From NCBI GenBank assembly GCA_046485285.1, contig JAWOHE010000073.1:1-14464 (forward strand): 14,464 bases of DNA, read 5' to 3'. The stretch's first letter is position 1. Every line of letters starts with the position of its first letter. The position numbers were made by a program, and so were the translations under genes. The notes beneath the pieces were generated by a model. That model saw only the letters and a program-made list of their open reading frames with translations. It ran no database searches and was not told the DNA's origin. Origin of the DNA: a bacterium. Lineage in GTDB: Bacteria > Hydrothermota > Tepidihabitantia > Tepidihabitantales > Tepidihabitantaceae. Below, one piece after another: positions 7,462-14,099 of this stretch.

Positions 7462-8577
7462 GTGACTGGGTCACCACGCTGCGTCGCGCTCACCACGCTG
7501 GTCGTCCTCCTCGCGGTCGCCGTCGGCGCGGCCGCGACCCCACTCGACCCGGCCGCCGGCGCGTTCCTCGACGCCAACCTCGACTCGCTCACCCGCCGGG
7601 CCTTCGAGGCCTACCAGCAGGGTGAGTATCTCGAAGCCGCCCGGCGCTACCTCGACCTGCTCCGCCACGACATCACCAACGCCCCGGAAATCTACAACCT
7701 CGCCTGCTGTTACGGCCTGCTCGGCGAGCCGGAGCTCGCCGCGCGCTATCTTGTCCGGGCCTTCCGAGCCGGCTACCGCGACGTCGACCACGCCCGGCGC
7801 GACCCCGACTTCGAGCCGGTCAGCGACAAGGCCGTGTTCCGCCGGGCACTCGACAGCCTGGCGCGCGCGGCCGAGGACCGCGACCTCGCCGCCGGCACCC
7901 GCATCCTCATCCCGGCCCGCAACTTCTACGAGTGCCGGGTCAGGCTCCCGCTCGGCCACGACCCGCAGCGACGCTACCCGCTCGTCATCGGCCTCCACGG
8001 CTACGGCTCGGACCACGAGAGCTTCGGCCGGCTCTGGGAGCGCTTCGGCGCCGACCCGCAGTTCATCTTCGCCTGCCCGCAGGCGCCCTACCTCGTCGAC
8101 CTGCGCGGCACCGGACTGTCCTGGTCAACCGCCGCCGATTCTGCGACCCGGCCCTCGGTAATCACCGCGGCCGAGGAGTACATCCTTGACGTCGTCCGCC
8201 TGCTCAGCGGCCGGCACCGGGTCTCGGACGTCTACCTTTTCGGATTCTCGCAGGGCGCCGGGATGGCCTACGCCGCCGGCATCCGCCACCCCCGCCACTT
8301 CAAGGGCATCGCCTGCTTCGGCGGTGCGCTCGACACGACCTGGGTCAGCCCGGCCGCGCTCGAGTCCGGGAAGTCACTCCGGGTCTTCATCGCCCACGGC
8401 CGCGAGGACCGCGTCGTCGAGCACTACCACGCGGTCCGGGCCCGGGACCTGCTCCGGCGCGCCGGCTTCGACGTCACCGACTTCGACTTTGACGGCGGCC
8501 ACCAGGTCCCGCCCGTCGCCGCCCGGCGGTTCGCGGACTGGCTCGGGCCTGCTGGCCCGAAGCAGCCGCGGCCCTAG
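7462..8577 (+). CDS. Secreted TPR-like plus alpha/beta-hydrolase protein (phospholipase/carboxylesterase family)
   Basis: Signal peptide. TPR-like YNLACCYGLLGE...DPDF. Hydrolase motifs YPLVIGLHGYG, GFSQG (nucleophile Ser), HGREDRVV (Asp) and GGH (His). Confidence 0.88.
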   Translation: MTGSPRCVALTTLVVLLAVAVGAAATPLDPAAGAFLDANLDSLTRRAFEAYQQGEYLEAARRYLDLLRHDITNAPEIYNLACCYGLLGEPELAARYLVRAFRAGYRDVDHARRDPDFEPVSDKAVFRRALDSLARAAEDRDLAAGTRILIPARNFYECRVRLPLGHDPQRRYPLVIGLHGYGSDHESFGRLWERFGADPQFIFACPQAPYLVDLRGTGLSWSTAADSATRPSVITAAEEYILDVVRLLSGRHRVSDVYLFGFSQGAGMAYAAGIRHPRHFKGIACFGGALDTTWVSPAALESGKSLRVFIAHGREDRVVEHYHAVRARDLLRRAGFDVTDFDFDGGHQVPPVAARRFADWLGPAGPKQPRP

Positions 8578-9116
8578 CGCCCGTAGCGGCCGGCTAGCTC
8601 CGCAGTCGCCAGGATATGCCCCCGCATCGCCTCCTCGAGCGCGGCCACGTCCGCAGCGTCGGGAAGCTCCGGCGCGGCGTCCAGCGCGTAGAGCTTGAAC
8701 GAGTAGCGATGAGTCCGTCCCCGCGGCGGTCCCGGCCCGCGGTAGCCGGTGAACCGCGAGGTGTTCAGACCCTGGCGCGTTCCGTCGGCCAGCCGGGACT
8801 CACGCGGCACCGCCTCGGGCAGCCCGGCCGCCTCGACCGGGATGTCGTAGACAACCCAGTGAATCCAGGTCACGCCGGCGACCTCGCGCGCGTCCGGGTC
8901 CCGGCAGACGAGCGCGAGGCTCGCCGTGCCCTCCGGCACGCCGGTCCACTCGAGCGGCGGCGAGATGTTCTCGCCGTCGCCGGAGTACTTCGCGGGAATC
9001 GTCCCTTCGTGCTCGAACGCCGGGCTCGTCAGCACGAACCCGGTCCGGACCGGCGCCGGGCCGGCCTGCGGCGCGCAGGCCGCCAGCAACACAAGACTCA
9101 GGAATACGGCTTTCAT
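8574..9116 (-). CDS. YbhB/YbcL family (PEBP/Raf kinase inhibitor-like) lipoprotein
   Basis: AGGAGG before the ATG at 9116; lipobox LLAA/C. Motifs LTSPAF..GTIP...GENISPPLEW, DPDA, WIHWVVYDIP and GYRGPGPPRGRTHRYSFKLYALD. Its stop overlaps the esterase stop (CTAG at 8574-8577). Confidence 0.92.
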   Translation of the reverse strand: MKAVFLSLVLLAACAPQAGPAPVRTGFVLTSPAFEHEGTIPAKYSGDGENISPPLEWTGVPEGTASLALVCRDPDAREVAGVTWIHWVVYDIPVEAAGLPEAVPRESRLADGTRQGLNTSRFTGYRGPGPPRGRTHRYSFKLYALDAAPELPDAADVAALEEAMRGHILATAELAGRYGR

Positions 9117-9135
9117 CGGCAATTCCTCCTGCAAC

Positions 9136-9164
9136 AGGCTAGGCCGCCGGCCGGCCGCGGTCAA
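9136..9164 (-). promoter_or_regulatory. sigma70-type promoter of the YbhB/YbcL gene
   Basis: Minus strand reads TTGACC-N17-TAGCCT, 5 nt before AGGAGG. Confidence 0.55.
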
Positions 9165-9173
9165 CTCCCGCGT

Positions 9174-9201
9174 TTGACAGCGCCGGCCGCACTCATAACA
9201 T
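9174..9201 (+). promoter_or_regulatory. sigma70-type promoter of the DUF3108-like lipoprotein
   Basis: TTGACA-N16-TAACAT; GGAGGT RBS at 9227-9232. Confidence 0.6.
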
Positions 9202-9236
9202 AGTCCCTCGGCCGAACTGAACTCCCGGAGGTAATC

Positions 9237-9968
9237 GTGAAAATCATCCTTCCTGTCGCGCTCCTGCTCGTCGTCTTCGCCGGCTGTCCGAAGCCTGCCG
9301 CGCCGGCCGAGCTCGCACTCGACCCGCCGGCCTGGGCCGGCACCGAGATCAACCAGTACCTGCTCATCGTCGGCGACGACACCGTCGGCAGCCACATCAC
9401 CCAGCTCCGCCGGGTCGACTACGAAGACCAGCCCGCGCTCAACCTCGTCGTCGAGACGATGGCCTCGGCCGGCGGCGCGGACAGCCACGACTCGGCCTGG
9501 TCGATGCTCCGGCTCGACGACCTCCGCCCGCTCCGGTCGGTCCGCAACGTCGCCAACGCCGACATCCGCGCCGGTGCCGACCTGACCTACGACAAGGACA
9601 GCGTCCGGGCTCTGGCCCTGACCCCGCAGGGCCCGCGCGGCATCAGCATCGCGCTCGAGCCGCGCGACTACGACAACGACCAGATCACCACCCTCCTCCG
9701 CGCCCTGCCCCTTGCCGCCGACACGCCCGCCGCCTTCAATGTCGTCATCGGCATCGGCGGGGCCAAGGTCGCGGCCGAGGCCAGCCTCGTCGGCACCGAG
9801 ACCGTCACCGTCCCGCTCGGCACCTTCGAATGCCGCCGGGTCCGGCTCGCGCTCGCCGGCCAGTCCGTCGACATCTGGTACGAGACTTCCGGCATCCGGC
9901 GGATGGTCCGCTACGCCGCCCCGGCCGCCGACCTCGCGCTCGAGCTCGCCGCCAGCATCGTCGACTGA
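9237..9968 (+). CDS. Lipoprotein, DUF3108-like beta-rich fold
   Basis: Lipobox VFAG/C. Motifs LRPL, DNDQITTLLRALPL and VGTETVTVPLGTFECRRV...DIWY, as seen in DUF3108-type proteins. Confidence 0.7.
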   Translation: MKIILPVALLLVVFAGCPKPAAPAELALDPPAWAGTEINQYLLIVGDDTVGSHITQLRRVDYEDQPALNLVVETMASAGGADSHDSAWSMLRLDDLRPLRSVRNVANADIRAGADLTYDKDSVRALALTPQGPRGISIALEPRDYDNDQITTLLRALPLAADTPAAFNVVIGIGGAKVAAEASLVGTETVTVPLGTFECRRVRLALAGQSVDIWYETSGIRRMVRYAAPAADLALELAASIVD

Positions 9969-9979
9969 CCGGGCCGGAT

Positions 9980-10007
9980 TTGACCGCCGCGCGGCCGGGA
10001 CTAGAAT
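9980..10007 (+). promoter_or_regulatory. sigma70-type promoter of the kor operon
   Basis: TTGACC-N16-TAGAAT. Confidence 0.65.
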
Positions 10008-10067
10008 TGCTGGCGCGCTGACAATGAAAAGCACCCTGACCAATCGCCGGTCGCCGGCACTGCCGCG

Positions 10068-10319
10068 ATGAAGAAGTTCCTGCTCGAGGAACCGGTCGAG
10101 CTCACCACCCCGGCCGGGCACCGGTTCCGCATCCTCCGCCACTTCTGCAAGGGCTGCCGCATCTGCGTCGAATTCTGCCCGACCGGCACCCTCGCCCTTG
10201 ACGACCGGTTCAAGGTCACCGTCGCCCACCCGGAGAAGTGCATCGCCTGCCGGATGTGCGAGCTCCGCTGCCCGGACCTCGCCATCTATGTCACCCGGGC
10301 GAAGAAGGCAAAGGCCTAG
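10068..10319 (+). CDS. korD: 2-oxoacid:ferredoxin oxidoreductase delta subunit (2x[4Fe-4S] ferredoxin)
   Basis: CKGCRICVEFCP and CIACRMCELRCPDLAI; first gene of the operon. Confidence 0.9.
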   Translation: MKKFLLEEPVELTTPAGHRFRILRHFCKGCRICVEFCPTGTLALDDRFKVTVAHPEKCIACRMCELRCPDLAIYVTRAKKAKA

Positions 10320-10321
10320 CG

Positions 10322-11431
10322 GTGGCGTCGCAACTCCTCTCCGGCAACGAGGCCTGCGCCATCGGCGCACTGCGCACCGGGGTCCGTTTCTTCGCCGGCT
10401 ACCCGATAACGCCCTCGACCGAGATTGCCGAGTACCTCGCCCGCGAGCTGCCCCGGCTCGGCGGCACCTTCGTCCAGATGGAGGATGAAATCGGCTCGAT
10501 CTGCTGCATGAACGGCGCGACCGCGGCCGGGCTCAAGGCGATGACCGCGACCTCCGGACCCGGCTTCTCGCTGATGCAGGAAGGCATCGGCTACTCGATA
10601 ATGACCGAACTCCCCTGCATCATCGTCAACGTGATGCGCGGCGGACCGGCCACCGGCTCGCCGACCCGCTCGGCCCAGGCCGACGTGATGCAGGCCCGCC
10701 ACGGCACCCACGGCGACCACCCGGCCGTCGCGCTCTGCCCCTGGGACGTCCGCGAGTGCTTCGACCTCACCGTCGAGGCGGTCAATATCTCCGAGCGCCT
10801 GCGCATGCCGGTAATCGTCCTGATGGACGAGATCGTCGGCCACATGCGCGAGCCAGTCGAGCTTCCCGACCGGCCCGACGTCTGGCAGCCCGGCAACCCC
10901 AGGAAGCCGCCCGAGGAGTACGAGCACTTCGCCGACGACACCAACTACGACAGCCGCATCGCCAGCTTCGGCGAGGGCTACCGCATCCACCTCACCGGCC
11001 TCATCCACCGCCGCGACGGCTTCCCGTCCGACGACCCGGAGGTCACCCGGTGGAATCTCGACCGCCTCAACCGCAAGGTCGAGGACAACCGCTCCTGGCT
11101 CTGGGACCTCACCTTCGAGGACCTCGGTGCCGAGACGGTCATCGTCTGCTACGGCTCGACCGCCCGCTCGGCGATGGAGGCCAAGCACCAGTTCGAGCGC
11201 GAGACCGGCCGGCGGGTCGGCATCCTGCGCCTGCGGATGATCTGGCCCTTCCCGCAACAGCGGCTAGTCTCCCTGCTCCGGAGCGCCCGCCGGGTCATCG
11301 TCCCGGAGATGAACATGGGCCAACTCAACCGGACCATCGAGCGCACCGTCAGCCCGGACATCCCGGTCGTCCCGGTCCTCCGCTACGACGGCGAGATGCT
11401 CACCCCCGAGGAAATCGTCGATGCTCTATAA
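10322..11431 (+). CDS. korA: 2-oxoacid (probably 2-oxoglutarate):ferredoxin oxidoreductase alpha subunit
   Basis: GTG start 2 nt after the korD stop. Motifs GNEA, GYPITPSTE, QMEDE, ATSGPGFSLM, RGGPATG, WPFP and PEMNMGQL. Confidence 0.93.
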   Translation: MASQLLSGNEACAIGALRTGVRFFAGYPITPSTEIAEYLARELPRLGGTFVQMEDEIGSICCMNGATAAGLKAMTATSGPGFSLMQEGIGYSIMTELPCIIVNVMRGGPATGSPTRSAQADVMQARHGTHGDHPAVALCPWDVRECFDLTVEAVNISERLRMPVIVLMDEIVGHMREPVELPDRPDVWQPGNPRKPPEEYEHFADDTNYDSRIASFGEGYRIHLTGLIHRRDGFPSDDPEVTRWNLDRLNRKVEDNRSWLWDLTFEDLGAETVIVCYGSTARSAMEAKHQFERETGRRVGILRLRMIWPFPQQRLVSLLRSARRVIVPEMNMGQLNRTIERTVSPDIPVVPVLRYDGEMLTPEEIVDAL

Positions 11432-12266
11432 TCTCGGTGACGCGCCCGCCGACCGCTTCCTCGACCGTTTCCGGCTCGACGAGCGCTTCCCCCACATCCT
11501 CTGCCCGGGCTGCGGCATCGGCACCGCGATGGCCACGCTCGTCCGCGTGCTCATCGACCTCGGCCGGGACCCGGCCAGGCTCTGCGTCATCTCCGGCATC
11601 GGCTGCTCCTCGCGCGTCCCCGGCTACCTCGACTGCGACACCTTCCACACCCTCCACGGCCGGGCCCTCGCGGCCGCGACCGGCGTCCGGCTCGCCCGGC
11701 CCGACCTCGACATCGTCGTCTTCGGCGGCGACGGCGACATGCTCGCGATCGGCGGCAACCACTTCATCCACGCCGCCCGCCGCAACGTCAACGTCACCGT
11801 TTTCGTCATCAACAATCGCACCTACGGGATGACCGGCGGCCAGTACTCGCCGACCACGCCGACCCACGACATCGCCGCCACCGCCCCCTACGGCAACTGC
11901 GAGCGCGACTTCGACATCTGCTTCATGGCCCGCGCCTCAGGCGCGATGTTCGTCGCCCGCAGCACCACCTACCACGTCACCCACCTCGCCAAGATGATGA
12001 AGCTCGCACTCACCAAGAACGGCTTCAGCATCGTCGAAATCGTCAGCCAGTGCCCGACCCTCTACGGCCGTCACCAGCGCATCGGCGACGCGGTCGCGAT
12101 GCTCAAGTGGTTCAAGGAGAACTCGGTCGACGTCGGCGAGGTCGCCGACCCCTGGAGCGAGGACAAGCGGTTCGTCATCGGCGTCCTCCACGACCGCGAG
12201 GAAGTCCCGCCCTACACCACGCTCTACCAGCAGGTCCGCGAGCAGGCGACCGGGAAGGACGCGTGA
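11421..12266 (+). CDS. korB: 2-oxoacid:ferredoxin oxidoreductase beta subunit (TPP-binding)
   Basis: CPGCG, SGIGCS, HTLHGRA, GDGD...NN, YGMTGGQYSPTTP and QCPT; overlaps the end of korA. Confidence 0.93.
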   Translation: MLYNLGDAPADRFLDRFRLDERFPHILCPGCGIGTAMATLVRVLIDLGRDPARLCVISGIGCSSRVPGYLDCDTFHTLHGRALAAATGVRLARPDLDIVVFGGDGDMLAIGGNHFIHAARRNVNVTVFVINNRTYGMTGGQYSPTTPTHDIAATAPYGNCERDFDICFMARASGAMFVARSTTYHVTHLAKMMKLALTKNGFSIVEIVSQCPTLYGRHQRIGDAVAMLKWFKENSVDVGEVADPWSEDKRFVIGVLHDREEVPPYTTLYQQVREQATGKDA

Positions 12267-12802
12267 GAACCGAAGTCCGGCTCGGCGGCACCGGCGGCCA
12301 GGGCGTCATACTTTCCAGCATCATCCTCGCCGAGGCCGCCGGCGTCCACGAAGGCCGCCACGTCGTCCAGACCCAGGCCTATGGCCCGGAGGCCCGCGGC
12401 GGCGCGGCCAAGGCCGACGTCATAATCGCCGACCAGCCCATCCTCTTCCCCAAGGCCCGGCTCCTCGACGTCCTCGTCTGCCTCAGCCAGCAGGCGGCCG
12501 ACAAGTTCCTGCCCGACCTCAAGACCTCCGGCCTCGCCATCATCGACGACTTCTACGTCCGCTCCTGCCCGCGCGAGGGCGCGCTCTGCCTGCCGATATC
12601 CGAGACCGCCCGCGGCAAGCTCGGCCGCGACCTCTTCGCCAACATCGTGATGCTCGGTGCGGTCGCCCGGGCCACCGGCATCGTCAAGCTCGAATCGCTC
12701 GAGAAGTCGGTCGCGTCACGGGTCCCGCCCCGCACCCTCGAGCTCAACCAGCAGGCGCTCGCGGCCGGCTGGGGCCTCGCTGACGCCGCCCTCGACCGCT
12801 GA
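12263..12802 (+). CDS. korC: 2-oxoacid:ferredoxin oxidoreductase gamma subunit
   Basis: GTGA overlap with the korB stop. Motifs GTGGQGVI, QTQAYGPEARGG and ANIVMLGA. Confidence 0.92.
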   Translation: MRTEVRLGGTGGQGVILSSIILAEAAGVHEGRHVVQTQAYGPEARGGAAKADVIIADQPILFPKARLLDVLVCLSQQAADKFLPDLKTSGLAIIDDFYVRSCPREGALCLPISETARGKLGRDLFANIVMLGAVARATGIVKLESLEKSVASRVPPRTLELNQQALAAGWGLADAALDR

Positions 12803-12847
12803 CCCGCGCCCGTCGGCGCGACCCGGTCATGACGCACTGGCACCAGG

Positions 12848-13178
12848 GTCATCCTGTCATCTCGACCAACGGCCGCAAGGCACCTTTCCGTCATCTCGAC
12901 CGGAGGGCCAGAGGCCCGGAGTGGAGAAATCCCTCTCCGCCACTTCCGCTTCCGCCCTTCCGGCTTCCGCGCTCTGCCTTCGCGCGCCCTTCGTGCCCTG
13001 TAGGAGCGACATCCCTGACACGACTCCGCCTTCGGACTTCAGCGCTCCGGGTTCTGACTTCGTATCCTTCGTGTTTGCCTCGCTTCCGATTCGCGCCTTA
13101 CGCGAGAGCCCGCACCCCGCTGAATGGCGCCAGGCTGTCACTCCGACCGACGGCCGCAGGACCCCCTCCGGTCATCTC
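12848..13178 (+). repeat. Cluster of short REP-like repeats, including an approximately 43-bp degenerate direct repeat
   Basis: GTCATCTCGACC at 12856 and 12890. The second copy continues as GGAG-GGCC-AGA-GGCC-CGGAGTGGAGAAATCC. 12855-12897 resembles 13136-13178. GTAGGAGCGACATCCCTGACACGAC lies at 13000-13024, and CTTCGT motifs are scattered through the block. Confidence 0.6.
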
Positions 13179-13436
13179 AAACGACACCCCGCAGGCCCGC
13201 CTGCGTGCAACGCGCGGGCAGGCCCGCAGGTAATCGACAACCAGCCCCAGCGTCGGGCGTCGCACCCGGCCGTGCTCAAGCCAGCTGAGACGTGAAAAGA
13301 AGCCGGGCTCGCTGCCCCTAAGGTGCGCCAGCTCGACGAGGCTCAGCCCGGCCCGAAGCCGCAACCCGCGTAACGCCGCACCCGGCGCAACCGTCTATCC
13401 CGGTCTGAAGCCAGCCGCCTTCACATTACCATCCAT
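13098..13436 (-). pseudogene. Degenerate XRE/Cro-type helix-turn-helix regulator gene
   Basis: ATG at 13436 gives MDGNVKAAGFRPG, then an in-frame TAG (13397-13395), then TVAPGAALRGLRLRAGLSLVELAHLRGSEPGFFSRLSWLEHGRVRRPTLGLVVDYLRAC, an XRE-like pattern (LR..AGLS..ELA...LS.LE.G...PTL). The 3' end runs into the repeat cluster. Confidence 0.65.
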
Positions 13437-13441
13437 AGCCT

Positions 13442-13470
13442 ATGTTAGTACAAACTAACGGCCCGGTCAA
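13442..13470 (-). promoter_or_regulatory. Leaderless sigma70-type promoter of the HTH gene with an overlapping palindromic operator
   Basis: Minus strand reads TTGACC-N17-TAACAT-AGGCT-ATG. GTTAGT-N4-ACTAAC at 13444-13459 overlaps the -10. Confidence 0.65.
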
Positions 13471-13546
13471 TCGCTAAATCGTCATAATCGATTGAAAAGC
13501 CAGAACTTCATTCGCCTCTGAATTTACCCCCTCCCCCATCCCCCCA

Positions 13547-13750
13547 GTGACCCCCCGGGTCATCGGACCGGTAACCCGGAAAGCGACCCGGCCGGTCACC
13601 AGACCGGTCATCCGGCGGGTGATCCGGCGCATCACCCGACCGGTCATCCGGCCGGCAATCGAGCCATTCACCGGCCCGGCAAACCGCCCGCTCACCCGCC
13701 CGGTCACCGGGTCGGTCACTGCCCGAGTCATCGGCCGGGTCAGCCGGGAA
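13547..13750. repeat. Degenerate tandem array of 17 x 12 bp, consensus GTCAYCCGGCCG
   Basis: Units read in register from 13547 without indels, e.g. GTCACCAGACCG GTCATCCGGCGG GTGATCCGGCGC ATCACCCGACCG GTCATCCGGCCG. A at position 4 in 17/17 units and C at position 6 in 16/17. Confidence 0.85.
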
Positions 13751-13824
13751 ATGCGGGTAGAGTATAGAACGAGCCACAAGATAGACTGCCAAAAGGAACC
13801 TGAACCGCGGTCCGAACCCGCCCA

Positions 13825-13863
13825 ACTGCCGCAAACTGCGGCAGTCGCCGCAGAATTAGCGGC
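13825..13863. promoter_or_regulatory. Tandem palindromes, candidate upstream activator sites for a sigma54 enhancer-binding protein
   Basis: ACTGCCGCA-AAC-TGCGGCAGT (13825-13845) and GCCGC-N7-GCGGC (13847-13863). Their centres are 20 bp apart, about 150 and 130 bp upstream of the predicted sigma54 start. Confidence 0.5.
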
Positions 13864-13876
13864 AATCGGCCTGCTT

Positions 13877-13900
13877 AGAGAGAGAGAGAGAGAGAGAGAG
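13877..13900. repeat. Perfect (AG)12 dinucleotide microsatellite
   Basis: 24 nt of uninterrupted AG repeat in an otherwise GC-rich window. Confidence 0.95.
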
Positions 13901-13957
13901 ATGAGCTAACGCTCTCTTCCGTGGTGACTTACGAGAAATGTGCCCAAGTAGCGTTTT

Positions 13958-13974
13958 CGGGCACAAATGTTGCA
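13958..13974 (+). promoter_or_regulatory. Predicted sigma54 (RpoN) -24/-12 promoter
   Basis: CGGGCACAAATGTTGCA compared with consensus YTGGCACGNNNNTTGCW; GG-N10-GC is exact. Predicted start is near 13985. No sigma70 pair is evident for this gene. Confidence 0.65.
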
Positions 13975-14099
13975 CGCAGTATTGAAGAGGAGTCTGGCAG
14001 GGTACCGGTGCTGAGCGGCTCGCCCCGGCGGCATCCGGGCCGTCCCATACGGCCTTCCCGGCCCGGCCCGAGCCGGACAGAAACAAGAAGGAGGAGTTC

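Noticed and set aside
9117-10370. 598-aa ORF 8574..10370 (-) as a large YbhB fusion
   Set aside because: The extension is antisense to the 9237-9968 and korD genes. The real start is ATG 9116, which has an RBS, a lipobox and a promoter.
597-11832. Many long overlapping or antisense ORFs (e.g. 597-1487, 3221-4336, 5867-7183, 10316-11257, 10756-11832)
   Set aside because: Shadow frames expected in high-GC DNA. They have no family motifs and overlap well-supported genes.
12657-13295. ORFs 12657-13295, 12829-13233 and 12857-13141
   Set aside because: Low-complexity translations of the repeat patchwork, with no RBS or recognisable domain.
13395-13397. Amber recoding or pyrrolysine in the HTH gene
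   Set aside because: TAG is the normal stop for three genes here (ending at 8577, 8574 and 10319) and no pyl genes are visible. A nonsense mutation is simpler.
13547-13750. CRISPR array
   Set aside because: The units are contiguous 12-mers with no unique spacers or conserved 23-47 bp repeat, and no cas genes are present.
12803-14099. Intact IS, integrase, prophage or tRNA/rRNA gene
   Set aside because: No transposase or recombinase ORF, terminal inverted repeats or cloverleaf could be identified.
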